The notes: generated by a model from the sequence alone, not told the origin. Positions 18,799 to 28,920 are shown, numbered from the stretch's first letter. The stretch: DNA of 54,495 nucleotides from Verrucomicrobiota bacterium (GCA_027622665.1 JAQBYT010000027.1:1-54495); one strand, 5' to 3'. Program-made: numbers and translations.

Positions 18799-20181
18799 TC
18801 AGATTATCAAGTCAAATACACGTTGAGCCGACAGGCGTGAGTGGAGCATTGCTCGGGAAGTAGCTTCTTCAAGTATTTGGTTTTTGGCCATTTTAGTCAT
18901 TTCATAGGCCAAATCGACGCTTGAGGCTTGTTCCAACGCGATCGTTTCCTTCTGAGTTTTAGTGCCGAGCACATTCATGCGAGCTTCAAACGCAGCAACT
19001 TCTCCGGCAATCACGCCTATTTGGTATCGAACATTGCCGCGCTCCTCGCTCAGAGCATCTAGTGATGACGCAGCTAGTCTGGAACTTTTGATGGAAAGGT
19101 GCTCGAGATCGGAAAAACCAATCGCATAGAGTTCCATAGTACCTCCCTCCGAATCAATTAAGACGGATCGGTCGGTAAGGTTGCTTTTCTCAATCTCGGC
19201 ATAGTATTCCCAAACGGTGGAACTTCCTGCTTGGCGAGTGTAAGGAAAACCACCCGGCGTGTTCTCGCTTTCATTTACCACGAACTTTATTTCGGTATCG
19301 CCATAGGGAGAACCGGATGTTTTGGGGTAGTCGTCGTTCGTTTTGAACATCTTGTAATCAAGACCGTTGCTCGAGTACCAATCAAGTTCGGCCTGCGAGG
19401 TTTGGGAGGGGAATTCGGTCCCTACGTCTTTGTCGTGCAAGGAAACGCCAGTGTTTCCAGAATCAGTGGTCGAGTTGTTAATGCCCGCACCAAATTCAAG
19501 AGAGAAATAGTCAAAATCCCCATTGAGTTGAGCATTCGCCGAGTCAGGAAAATTCAACCAATGGTTGGATCGATATTCGCCGGAATCAAAAATCATATTT
19601 GAACCGTGATAGACTTTCATACGGTCCGTTTGCCAGGTGGGATTCCACCAAAGATGGATCTTGCCGCGCTTGGCGCCGATATCCACTGTCTGCTCTTGCG
19701 CTTCCCAACCGCCGTCCGACACTCCTAGAACAGGGAATCGCCCTTCGTACTTGGCGGCCAAAGGATCAAACAACTTGGATCCGAATTGCTCCTCAGCGGA
19801 TAATCCGGAAAGACTTTTCTTGAGGGCTAAAAACTCGAACTCCAAATTCTCACGATCGAAATCATCGAGCACGGGATCAGTAGATTGATAGGCAAGTTCC
19901 TCCATTCGTGAAAGAAGCTTAGATGTGCTCTTTAGCCCTTCGGCTTGAGACTGGACGAAGGAAAGAGCGTGCTGAACCGTAATTTTTGCAGCGTTCTGTG
20001 TTTTCAATCTGGCCTGGAGACCCGATGCAAAGCGATGCCCCCCGAAATCATCGGTTTGACCGTTGATTCCTGCGAATCTATTGCCCGAGGAAACGAGACG
20101 GGATGAATGAAGCATTTCTCGTTGGCGAATTCGCGAACGAGCGAGATGCATTGATGAATCGGATGTGGAACCGATGAGCAT
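18799..20181 (-). CDS. Divergent flagellin-like protein with central beta-rich insertion
   Basis: Flagellin N-like helices (SSGNRF...DDFGG...ALSFVQSQ...LSRMEELAYQS...DRENLEFEF) and C-like end (SLDALSEERG...VDLAYEMTKMAKNQILEEA). Confidence 0.8.
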   Translation of the reverse strand: MLIGSTSDSSMHLARSRIRQREMLHSSRLVSSGNRFAGINGQTDDFGGHRFASGLQARLKTQNAAKITVQHALSFVQSQAEGLKSTSKLLSRMEELAYQSTDPVLDDFDRENLEFEFLALKKSLSGLSAEEQFGSKLFDPLAAKYEGRFPVLGVSDGGWEAQEQTVDIGAKRGKIHLWWNPTWQTDRMKVYHGSNMIFDSGEYRSNHWLNFPDSANAQLNGDFDYFSLEFGAGINNSTTDSGNTGVSLHDKDVGTEFPSQTSQAELDWYSSNGLDYKMFKTNDDYPKTSGSPYGDTEIKFVVNESENTPGGFPYTRQAGSSTVWEYYAEIEKSNLTDRSVLIDSEGGTMELYAIGFSDLEHLSIKSSRLAASSLDALSEERGNVRYQIGVIAGEVAAFEARMNVLGTKTQKETIALEQASSVDLAYEMTKMAKNQILEEATSRAMLHSRLSAQRVFDLII

Positions 20182-20317
20182 GAGAAAACTAAAGTTGAGT
20201 CGCCGTAAACGCTTTCCTTAGCGATTCGAAAACAGTAAAGCTCATCGCATCCCTGCGATAAGTTTAATTTATCGCGCATGCTAACCACTTCGTCAAGTCC
20301 TGAAGTGAATTTTACTT

Positions 20318-21391
20318 TTATCGAACCAAGCGAAGCAGTTTTCGTAGTTCCTCTTGCAGTTCCTTGTTGTACTTCCCGGCCTGGGCGGCGTCTTCTTGGA
20401 GAAAGGGAATGCGTGACACGGCTGCAATTCCACTGATTCCTGAACCTAAACCTGCTGCCATACGGATAAGCTTGGTCGCCAAGTCTTTGGCATCAGGATG
20501 TCTCGGATTGCTTTTTATGATGTTTTTCCAATGTTCGATTCCCGCAATGTCTTTCTTTACTTTGTCGAGTATGGCGTCGGCTTTTTTGAATGAACTTAGA
20601 GACACGGGACGCCACTCCACACCGTCGAGACGGACCGCAACTCGTCTTATGTTTGCAAAGCGAGTGCCTTGAGCCCACCATTCCTTGTGTGAACGGGAAA
20701 TATAAGTGGCTACACCCATTACCTGTCCACTCGCAGTGAGAATCGGGCCACCACTGTTCCCGGGAATAAAAGGGCAGGTCACCTCGATTTCCTTGGGGCC
20801 AGCTCCCACCATGTGCCCCGGAAGCGGAGTGAGTACATTCAATCCGCCACTGTTGCCAAGAGCGTAGCATGGTTCGCCAAGTTTCAATTCGGGAGACCTC
20901 ACGAGCCCTCCCGCGACCTCCAACACAGGAAAACGAACGAGGTCGCGGCCATCGATCGCCATTTCCATCTGATCGCGAACCACAATGGGTCTGCCATCGA
21001 TTTGGACAGCCTCGATGCGGGCGGAACCACGAACCACATGAGCGTTAGTCACAAGATGAATACCGCCAAGATGCTGCAGTAGGAAACCCGTACCTTGAGC
21101 ACCACTGTCTCCGCGAATAAGCGCCACTGCTTGCAAGGGCGACAATTTAGGGTGAATGGGCCGTAGGGCTTTGGCCACGTATTGTCGGTCGACTTGGCTG
21201 AGCCGAACCATCGGTAAACGATAACTTTGACCGTCCCCACGAAGGATAAGTACGTCGCCCCCAAAAGCATCCAGCATTTTAGCCTCGATTTGTCTACCGT
21301 CCGAACTGGTCCAGATACGAGAGGCAACCGCACAGAAGGAAGTCGAACAAAAGAAAAGTCCCGAAAGAACAATGACGGTGATGCTTCGCAT
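20318..21391 (-). CDS. Secreted trypsin-like serine protease with N-terminal SHD1-like domain
   Basis: Signal peptide from ATG 21391 (MRSITVIVLSGLFFC); RIWTSSDGRQIEAK...RLSQVDRQYV (SHD1-like); catalytic triad motifs TNAHV, DLVRF, GNSGGP. Confidence 0.85.
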   Translation of the reverse strand: MRSITVIVLSGLFFCSTSFCAVASRIWTSSDGRQIEAKMLDAFGGDVLILRGDGQSYRLPMVRLSQVDRQYVAKALRPIHPKLSPLQAVALIRGDSGAQGTGFLLQHLGGIHLVTNAHVVRGSARIEAVQIDGRPIVVRDQMEMAIDGRDLVRFPVLEVAGGLVRSPELKLGEPCYALGNSGGLNVLTPLPGHMVGAGPKEIEVTCPFIPGNSGGPILTASGQVMGVATYISRSHKEWWAQGTRFANIRRVAVRLDGVEWRPVSLSSFKKADAILDKVKKDIAGIEHWKNIIKSNPRHPDAKDLATKLIRMAAGLGSGISGIAAVSRIPFLQEDAAQAGKYNKELQEELRKLLRLVR

Positions 21392-21551
21392 GTAAGAAAG
21401 CCAATGTTGCGAACGTTTCCGAGGCAAACTAAATTGTCATTGTGCCGTAATCAACGGATTGAAGGCAAAGGGTTTAGTATTGCCCCCATCGTGCTGTAGG
21501 AATTGATTGGGACGACATTTTTAAATATTCAGGAAGAAGACTGCAAGCGGC

Positions 21552-22364
21552 ATGCAAATCTATCTACATTTGAACGGCGAACAAACGGGGCCTCTCACCT
21601 TGCCGAGAGTAAGCTCCAAACTCGTTTCAGGAGAAGTCCCACCCGACACTCTGGCATGGCGAGAAGGTCTGGACAACTGGTACCCGCTGACTCATGAGAC
21701 TTGGGCAGAGGTCGGCATAGTCGCAAGTGTAGCTCCGACTCCCGCACCTGCCCCAGCTCCCCAGCCGCAACCTGTAACCGTCGAACCGGAAACGGTTGTG
21801 CCTGAACCGGAAGATCACGCAACGGCTGAAGGTGAAAACGAATCGCTCGAAGACAGCCCGGAAGGACTGGCGGAGGATACTGCCGAAGCCGTTCCGGAAA
21901 AAGTCGGAAAAGCTTTTTCGGAGTATGCGGAAGAAGATTTCAAGCCCCCATCCTTTGAAGAAATGGATCAAGAGATGACGAGCCTTCGTTCAGATAGGGA
22001 GTCGTTGCCCGCGCTCATAGGTGAGCGAACATTCGACGCAGGTATCGAAGACGAAGAAATCGAAGACGCCAAAGCCGAGGTAGCGAAAGCTCGGCAATCA
22101 GGCGATCAATCGGCTATTCAACTAGCACACAGGAAGCTAGGGCAAGTCGTACTGGCTTGCGGGGTTCACGACGATTCCATTACGGAGCTGCGGGAACGGG
22201 AACAAGAACTCGCCGACCGGATGCTCAACCTTCAGATGCAAGCGCGCCGAATTGGGGGTGGGGCGAGGGTCAAGAAAAACAAGCCTTGGATGAAGTGGGT
22301 TGTTATCTTTTTGGCCATTGCTCTAATTGGCGGAACCATTGCCATCGCGAATTTGTTGAAATAA
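21552..22364 (+). CDS. GYF_2 (DUF4339) domain membrane-anchored protein
   Basis: IYLHLNGEQTGPL...DTLAWREGLDNWYPL; Pro-rich and acidic linker, coiled region, single C-terminal TM helix. Confidence 0.8.
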   Translation: MQIYLHLNGEQTGPLTLPRVSSKLVSGEVPPDTLAWREGLDNWYPLTHETWAEVGIVASVAPTPAPAPAPQPQPVTVEPETVVPEPEDHATAEGENESLEDSPEGLAEDTAEAVPEKVGKAFSEYAEEDFKPPSFEEMDQEMTSLRSDRESLPALIGERTFDAGIEDEEIEDAKAEVAKARQSGDQSAIQLAHRKLGQVVLACGVHDDSITELREREQELADRMLNLQMQARRIGGGARVKKNKPWMKWVVIFLAIALIGGTIAIANLLK

Positions 22365-22407
22365 ACCGTTTGCCACTGCTACCCAAACGGGAAGAGATTC
22401 GATTTAG

Positions 22408-22923
22408 TCAAGCCACCGGAGCTGTTTCGTTGGTAACTTTTCGCGCCCCGAGCTTTTCGTTCAAAAACAAAATGGCGCTGATGTCTTCCTTCGCCATACG
22501 GAGCATAGCGATAATATCCTCAATTGTTTTTTCTTCCTCCACTTGCTCGTCCAGAAACCATTGAAGATGGCTCTTGGTCGCGTAGTCGTGGCACTCAGTC
22601 GCAAGCTCGTACAAGCGGTTGATGGCAATTGTGTTTTCTCGTTCCTGCTCTAGGGCAGCCTCGAACGCATCTACTGTTCCCTTGAAATCAGAACGAGGTT
22701 TCGGAATAGTGGCCAAATCGATCTTGCCTCCTCGATCCAACAAATAACGAAACAGTCGCATGCCGTGCGCCATCTCTTCATTGTGCTGGGTCTGCATCCA
22801 GTGGGCAAAGCCATCGAGTGTATTGGCATCGAAGTATCCGGACATGCCAAGGTAGTTATAGGCAGCCGCGAACTCTTGGTTAATCTGCTTGACTAGGGCT
22901 TCTTCAATTCGTGAATCAATCAT
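22408..22923 (-). CDS. ftnA: Non-heme ferritin
   Basis: QINQEFAAAYNYL, EEMAHGMRLFRY, LEQE, LQWFLDEQVEEE ferroxidase residues. Confidence 0.93.
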   Translation of the reverse strand: MIDSRIEEALVKQINQEFAAAYNYLGMSGYFDANTLDGFAHWMQTQHNEEMAHGMRLFRYLLDRGGKIDLATIPKPRSDFKGTVDAFEAALEQERENTIAINRLYELATECHDYATKSHLQWFLDEQVEEEKTIEDIIAMLRMAKEDISAILFLNEKLGARKVTNETAPVA

Positions 22924-23084
22924 GGTAAAAGGTTAGTTTCTTCTACTCGTTAGCTATGTTCTTCCGATGTCTCAAGTGAATTCATAAATTAGTCTCAATT
23001 CCATTCACGATTAGAAACAACTGGCATGTCCTTGATGGGTTACGAAGGCTTGCCCTTTAACAACGCTTAATCTTCGATGAAATC

Positions 23085-23801
23085 ATGTCAGTTCAAATGA
23101 AAAGTATATTGGTGACCGGAGCCACTCGAGGAGTCGGCGAGGCTTTAACTCTGAAATTCGCAAAAAAGGGGCATGTCGTTTATGCACTGGCCAGAACTCG
23201 AAATCAATTGAACTCACTGGTGGAAAGATGCGGTGCAGACAAGGTGATACCTTTCGAGGTGGATGTCTCGATAAGAGAACAGGTAGAGGAAGCGACTACC
23301 GCCATTCAACGGGAGTATGGGACGCCCGACGTGCTGATAAACAATGCAGGGATCGTGGAGAACATACCGTTTGCAGAGCAAGAGCTTGAAATGATTGATA
23401 GGATCGTAGACGTAAACCTCAAGGGCACGCTCTACGTCACTCGTTGCCTGGTTCCCGGCATGATAGCTCGAGGTAGCGGACGCATCATCAACCTCTCTTC
23501 GGTTGCCGGAACTCGAGGGATTCCGGGGCAGGCCGCCTATTGCGCATCGAAATTCGGCATGAACGGATTCGCCGACGCCTTGGCACAGGAACTTCTGGCA
23601 AAGGGGATATTGGTCACGACTATTTGCCCCGGAGGAATCGATACTCCTCTATGGGATCCCGAAAAAAACCCTTACCCCGGCGATAAGACTCGAATCATGC
23701 AAACGGAGGAGGTCGTCGATCTAATTGAATACCTACTTGATCAACCCGAAGGCACCTTGCACAAAAAAATCGTTATGTTTCCGACAAACGAATGGCACTG
23801 A
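23085..23801 (+). CDS. Short-chain dehydrogenase/reductase
   Basis: TGATRGVG, NNAG, YCASK. Confidence 0.93.
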   Translation: MSVQMKSILVTGATRGVGEALTLKFAKKGHVVYALARTRNQLNSLVERCGADKVIPFEVDVSIREQVEEATTAIQREYGTPDVLINNAGIVENIPFAEQELEMIDRIVDVNLKGTLYVTRCLVPGMIARGSGRIINLSSVAGTRGIPGQAAYCASKFGMNGFADALAQELLAKGILVTTICPGGIDTPLWDPEKNPYPGDKTRIMQTEEVVDLIEYLLDQPEGTLHKKIVMFPTNEWH

Positions 23802-23811
23802 AGAGAGTGCC

Positions 23812-24423
23812 TCAACCTTGGCTTTTGAGTCGTGCTTTCATTATAAGATATAATTCCCGGCTTACCCATGCATCGGTCGCAGCGTAATTCACTTGACCCG
23901 GCGCTAAAGGATTTTTTTCCCAGTTCGAGAGTTGCGCTGATTTGGACAGACGATGGCCAAAGAAAATAGCCGTCAAGCTGCGCAACCCGGTTTGTGCGAT
24001 TTTAAGTTCACCAGCGAGATCCGCGAGTTCCTCAAAGCCTCCGGGTTCAAAATCCTCGATCTCCCTAAGTTTTTTAACATCATCGCGGATCGCGACTCCG
24101 GCTTTAATGATATTTGGATTCGACAAGATTTCTTTGATAAGGCCCAATTTTTTCAGCGGACGAAGTCGAAATAGAAAAGCCTGATCGGCAGTGGCGAGCT
24201 GCAGGAGGGCTGCTGGATTATTTGGTCCTCTTCTAAAAGTGGGCTTCGACTCGACGTCAAAACCAAGAACACGGTGCTTACTTAATCGCTGAACTAAACG
24301 AGCGACACTTTTTGAGTCCTCTCCTATGCGTACTGCACCTTGAAAACGGACGAGGGGGAACTCATTGATTTCCGCCTGGGATAAGCGTTCGGGCAATTCT
24401 TCATTGTGCTTACGGGCAGGCAT
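23812..24423 (-). CDS. 3'-5' exonuclease (DEDDy, WRN/RNase D-like single domain)
   Basis: LGFDVESKP, LLQLAT, GLRSL, SNWE...YAATDAW. Confidence 0.9.
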   Translation of the reverse strand: MPARKHNEELPERLSQAEINEFPLVRFQGAVRIGEDSKSVARLVQRLSKHRVLGFDVESKPTFRRGPNNPAALLQLATADQAFLFRLRPLKKLGLIKEILSNPNIIKAGVAIRDDVKKLREIEDFEPGGFEELADLAGELKIAQTGLRSLTAIFFGHRLSKSAQLSNWEKNPLAPGQVNYAATDAWVSRELYLIMKARLKSQG

Positions 24424-24435
24424 AAGCTATTACAA

Positions 24436-25437
24436 TTAGAGTACCAACTCCAATCCATCGTAAGCGATAAGAACTTCTTCGGGATGGCTACGCGTTGGAG
24501 GAGTTCCTGGGATACCTGTTCGAGTTTCCTTGATTTTCTGTTGAGAAAGGGAAAGGAACTTTTGCGTATGCTTCAGGAAATCGGACATTTGCAAATCCGT
24601 CGCCGAAGGATCGTGATGGAACAATGCTAGTTTTTTCACATGGGCACGGGCGGCCAACTCGACTCCCATGATATTGCTGGAATGCCCCCAGTCCTCTCGA
24701 GCACCTATCGATTGAGATAAAGTGTAGGGGGCATCAAATATGAGAAGATCGGCATTTTTAATAAAGTCGACGTAAGGATAAGTTTTTCCATGGGCGGGGA
24801 TACGGTGCTCGGCGTCGGTAGAATAGACAACGGATTCGGTGCCGTGCTCAACGCGAAAGCCGAAAGATGCTCCGGGGTGATCCTGCTCGTACAGTGTGAT
24901 TTGACAATCCGCCACTTCCACGAGATCGCCCGGGATATGCTTCTCGAAGATTAGCTCAGCACTCATGGTGTCGAGATTGATGGGAAAGTAAGGAGCTTCC
25001 ATATGACGGGAAAGCGACTCCTTGAGGTTCTCGTGACCTCCATGGAAAATTATTTTATTTCCGGGGATATAGGCCGGAGTGAAAAAAGGAATGCCTTGGA
25101 GATGGTCGTAATGCAGGTGTGAAATGAAAATATGTATTGTTTTGCTTCCAGGACCAGCACTCATAATTTCCTGTCCAAGAGAGCGAATCCCCGAACCACC
25201 GTCAAAAACAAGATATTCATCCGATCCCGTTACGATTTGCACGCAGGGAGTATTTCCTCCGTAAGTTCCTGAAACATGAAAGGGGAGTTCCTTTTCGACG
25301 AATTTCCGGATTTGCCCCTCGGAACGAAGTTCCTTGCCTCGCGAAGCAAGTAATGCCGAAGTTACTTTTTCGCGAACGTCTGAAGCCGTTAAGGCGACCG
25401 GGATAGACCCCCTGGTTCCCCTGAAGTGAACAATCAT
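24436..25437 (-). CDS. Metallo-beta-lactamase-fold hydrolase (phosphodiesterase-like)
   Basis: GTRGSIP, YGGNTPC, DGGSG, SHLHYDHLQG, STDAEH, WGHSS, FHHDP. Confidence 0.9.
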   Translation of the reverse strand: MIVHFRGTRGSIPVALTASDVREKVTSALLASRGKELRSEGQIRKFVEKELPFHVSGTYGGNTPCVQIVTGSDEYLVFDGGSGIRSLGQEIMSAGPGSKTIHIFISHLHYDHLQGIPFFTPAYIPGNKIIFHGGHENLKESLSRHMEAPYFPINLDTMSAELIFEKHIPGDLVEVADCQITLYEQDHPGASFGFRVEHGTESVVYSTDAEHRIPAHGKTYPYVDFIKNADLLIFDAPYTLSQSIGAREDWGHSSNIMGVELAARAHVKKLALFHHDPSATDLQMSDFLKHTQKFLSLSQQKIKETRTGIPGTPPTRSHPEEVLIAYDGLELVL

Positions 25438-25625
25438 GGAATGAACATATGGCTTGTCGTGGAAAAGATAATCAAAATGTAAGATTTATTCGTAAAAACC
25501 ATACAACCGATGGCAAACCTATAATTTAATTCTCCCCCTATGGCCCGGATGAAAAGACTTGCGCGAATCGACATGTCGAAGATGCTCTAAACACCGCAAC
25601 TTGAAACACTCAGATTTTCCTAGCG

Positions 25626-26792
25626 ATGACTCAGCAGTTCGATCTCAATCAGCCCATTTACCAAGCAGGCCAATCAGCCATGAGCATGGGCAACTTGCTC
25701 GCTTACTTCGTAGACCCGAATTACCAACGCGGTAACCTTTCGCGAATTTCGGACATGCACGTAAAGGTCGGTCGCCCGGTTAGCTTCCGAATCGACGACG
25801 ACTTGACGGCCGTTCCCGAGGGAGCAGACGTTACGGATGAAGTCATTCGATACATGCTCGGAATAATCCTAAACGAGAAGCATCGGGAAACCCTGGCATC
25901 GGATGAACCCCGTGACATTGATTCCGGTTATGAGTGGGTGGACGGGGGCGTGAACTTTCGCCTGAACGTCTTTCGCGATCGCGACGGTCTTGCATTCGTC
26001 ATGCGGGTATTGTCATCCATTATACCGGATATCGAGACCCTCGGTTTGCCATCCGAGCAGATCTGGCGCGACATCACCTCCTTGAAGCGAGGGTTGGTTT
26101 TGGTTACGGGAGTAACGGGCAGCGGTAAGTCTACCACAATCGCGGCATTGATTAATCATGTTAATCGATTCAGGAAAACAAGGATCATCACCTTGGAAGA
26201 TCCAGTGGAGTTCATATTCAAGAGTGAGAGATCAATGGTTTCCCAACGTCAGATAGGTCAGAACGTGGCAACTTTCTCCGGAGGACTGCGCAGTGCCTTG
26301 CGAGAGAATCCTGACGTTATCTTCGTGGGTGAAATCAGAGACCAAGAAACCGCTACTCTCGCCTTAAGTGCGGCGGAAACCGGACACCTCGTGTTTTCCA
26401 CTCTGCATACCAGAGATGCTAAGGGAGCATTGAGTCGGATAGTGGATATGTTCCCCGCCGAACAGACTAAAAGTCTGTGTCTTCAATTGTCCTTTAGCCT
26501 CTCTTCCGTCCTTAGTCAAAAGCTGGTTCCTCGCGCCGATGGAAGTGGACGCATCTTGGTTATGGAAGTCCTGAAAAACATACCTGCGATCGGCAACCTC
26601 ATTCGCACGGGAAACTGGCAACAAGTCTATTCCACAATGGAAACCCAGCAAAAGGAAGGAATGATGACGATGGAGCAGCACCTCGAACACCTGTACAAAC
26701 ACGGCATTATATCGAAAGAAGACGCGATTACCTACGCCAACGAGGCCAGTCTTATCGAGAGGATTGCCAAACTGGAAGCGGAAGCCAAATAG
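25626..26792 (+). CDS. pilT: Type IV pilus retraction ATPase PilT/PilU family
   Basis: SDMHVKVG, Walker A GVTGSGKST, LEDPVE, ALRENPD, GEIRD, AETGHLVFSTLHT. Confidence 0.9.
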   Translation: MTQQFDLNQPIYQAGQSAMSMGNLLAYFVDPNYQRGNLSRISDMHVKVGRPVSFRIDDDLTAVPEGADVTDEVIRYMLGIILNEKHRETLASDEPRDIDSGYEWVDGGVNFRLNVFRDRDGLAFVMRVLSSIIPDIETLGLPSEQIWRDITSLKRGLVLVTGVTGSGKSTTIAALINHVNRFRKTRIITLEDPVEFIFKSERSMVSQRQIGQNVATFSGGLRSALRENPDVIFVGEIRDQETATLALSAAETGHLVFSTLHTRDAKGALSRIVDMFPAEQTKSLCLQLSFSLSSVLSQKLVPRADGSGRILVMEVLKNIPAIGNLIRTGNWQQVYSTMETQQKEGMMTMEQHLEHLYKHGIISKEDAITYANEASLIERIAKLEAEAK

Positions 26793-26924
26793 ATCGAATT
26801 ACGGACCATTCCGCTTCTCATCCAGATCTCATTCTCTGTAATGCATCGTCCGAGGTTGCAATTTTTGCGGACCGGCTAAATTGTCGTATATTCAAATAAC
26901 CCACTTGAAAAACAACAAAGCATC

Positions 26925-27908
26925 ATGACAAAAGCTCCCTTTGTCCGGATACCTAGACCTTCGGAACTCTCTGAAAGGGAAGTGACCGATGAATCCCTCC
27001 ATCGCAATCGCCGAGACATAATTAAATCCCTAGGTCTTGCCGCCGGAACGAGTTTGCTGGCCATTCCGGGTACTGCCGCCAATGCGGCGACGACCGGCTT
27101 TCCCACAAAACTCAACAAGAAATATATCCCGCCCAAGGGAACGAAGCTCACGGAATATAAATACATTACGGGCTACAATAATTTCTATGAATTCACGACC
27201 GATAAGTACGAGGTGCGCTTTCGGGCAAATCTAGGTTGGAAAACCGAGCCATGGACTATTGAGATCGGCGGGCACGTCGAAAAGCCTCTCAAGCTCGACG
27301 TAAACGATCTGGTCAAGGACGTGGGGATCGAGCAACGCGTCTATCGCTTTCGTTGCGTGGAAGCTTGGTCCATGCTTATTCCTTGGGACGGCTTTCAACT
27401 CAACAAACTGATCGCTAAAGCCAAGCCGACGTCAAAGGCGAAGTACGTCATGTTCAGCACATTCAAGGACGAAAAGACCGCCCTCGGCTTCAAGAATTAC
27501 CCAAACTACGATTGGCCCTATACCGAAGGCTTGCGTATGGACGAGGCAATGCATGACCTTACTTTTCTGGCCACAGGCATATACGGGAAACCAATTCCCC
27601 ATCAAAACGGAGCTCCCATTCGGCTCGTAGTGCCATGGAAGTACGGCTTCAAGAGCATCAAGTCCATCGTTCGCATCGATTTCACGGACAAACAACCCAA
27701 GACTCTCTGGAATACCGCCGGGCCCGACGAATATGGCTTTTATTCAAACGTCAACCCCGAGGTAGATCATCCACGTTGGAGTCAAGCGCGTGAGAGACCG
27801 ATTGGTACCGGTGGTTTTGTGGAACGCATACCCACTCTCAAATTCAACGGATACGAAAAGGAAGTTGCCCACCTCTATAAGGGAATGGATTTGCGGAAAT
27901 TCTTTTAG
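26925..27908 (+). CDS. msrP: Protein-methionine-sulfoxide reductase catalytic subunit
   Basis: Tat motif NRRDII; YNNFYEF, RFRCVEAWSM, PYTEGLRMDEAMH, VPWKYGFKSIK, HPRWSQA. Confidence 0.96.
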   Translation: MTKAPFVRIPRPSELSEREVTDESLHRNRRDIIKSLGLAAGTSLLAIPGTAANAATTGFPTKLNKKYIPPKGTKLTEYKYITGYNNFYEFTTDKYEVRFRANLGWKTEPWTIEIGGHVEKPLKLDVNDLVKDVGIEQRVYRFRCVEAWSMLIPWDGFQLNKLIAKAKPTSKAKYVMFSTFKDEKTALGFKNYPNYDWPYTEGLRMDEAMHDLTFLATGIYGKPIPHQNGAPIRLVVPWKYGFKSIKSIVRIDFTDKQPKTLWNTAGPDEYGFYSNVNPEVDHPRWSQARERPIGTGGFVERIPTLKFNGYEKEVAHLYKGMDLRKFF

Positions 27909-27949
27909 AGCGATTCAACTTTGACGTCCAAATGTAGCTGTAGTCGGGC

Positions 27950-28882
27950 ATGAATAAAATAGCTCGAATAGTTGCCTCCAAATGGTTTGCGGGGCCACTC
28001 TGCGCCTTGCCGTTGTTTTTTTTGGCTTGGGATTACTCTCAAGCTCTAAAGCAATTGGAGCAAGAAGCAGGTGTTTCCATTCGACAGGTTTCAGACGCCA
28101 ACCGCACTTCCGGCAGTCTAGTTGCAATCAGCGAAGAATACGCGGATTTCTCATTTAGCGTTTCCGATGAAGAATTCCACGAATACACGGGGGGGACCTT
28201 TAGGGAAACAGAGGAAAACAGCACGGAGAAAGAAGACGAAGCGGACAGTTTCTCCTTCACTGTGTCCGACGACCAATTCGATGCCGCGACCGAAACACTT
28301 TCGCTGCAGGAAGGCGGAGACCAAGATGCATTCATTGCTCGAAAAATGACTGAATCCGCAAACCCAGTTAAAGCGGGGGCCAATGTAAACGAACGATTCC
28401 TCCACGAAACCGGAAACGTTGCCATCGCCTACTTTCTTATCGTTCTTTGCTTCACACCGCTAAAACGCATCTTTTCGCGAGCCAAATTGGTAAGCGCCTT
28501 GAATCGGCACCGCAGACTTGTCGGGTTGACAGCTTTTTTCTATGCGGTTCTGCATCTTATCCTCTACTTTGACGATGGTCTCAATCGTCTTTTCGACGAG
28601 TGGTACTTGTTTTACATACAATGCGGTATCGCTTCCTTTGTAACCCTGTCTGTCCTTGCCATGACCAGCAATGGGAGAGCTGTCCGCAAACTGGGAGGGA
28701 AACGTTGGAAAAAGCTGCATCGCATCCTTTACCTCGCCATACCGGCTCTGCTTTACCACAAGGGTTGGGCAAGCAAAGCGAGCCCCGATCAGATAAGGGA
28801 AGCACTTGTTTGGTTTGCTCCCATGCTACTTCTTCAAACCGTTCGCCTAACGAAGTTTTTCACCGCAAAGAAAGGAAACTGA
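27950..28882 (+). CDS. msrQ: Heme-binding subunit MsrQ with long acidic insertion
   Basis: Follows msrP; HETG, CFTPL, RRLVGLTAFFYAVLH, AMTSN, WKKLHRILY, terminal His. Confidence 0.85.
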   Translation: MNKIARIVASKWFAGPLCALPLFFLAWDYSQALKQLEQEAGVSIRQVSDANRTSGSLVAISEEYADFSFSVSDEEFHEYTGGTFRETEENSTEKEDEADSFSFTVSDDQFDAATETLSLQEGGDQDAFIARKMTESANPVKAGANVNERFLHETGNVAIAYFLIVLCFTPLKRIFSRAKLVSALNRHRRLVGLTAFFYAVLHLILYFDDGLNRLFDEWYLFYIQCGIASFVTLSVLAMTSNGRAVRKLGGKRWKKLHRILYLAIPALLYHKGWASKASPDQIREALVWFAPMLLLQTVRLTKFFTAKKGN

Positions 28883-28920
28883 TCATACCACGGATTCGAA
28901 GTCGTCTTTGTAGAAATACT

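Noticed and set aside
20182..20240. Sigma28 promoter upstream of the flagellin-like gene
   Set aside because: TAAG...GGCGAC spacing is about 3 nt too short and the match is poor.
25568..25579. Palindrome TCGACATGTCGA upstream of pilT
   Set aside because: Single 12-bp palindrome with no second copy noticed; insufficient support.
28600..28880. Track start of the lptC-like ORF
   Set aside because: Would overlap msrQ by about 280 nt with non-protein-like sequence; the true start is likely at or after 28879.
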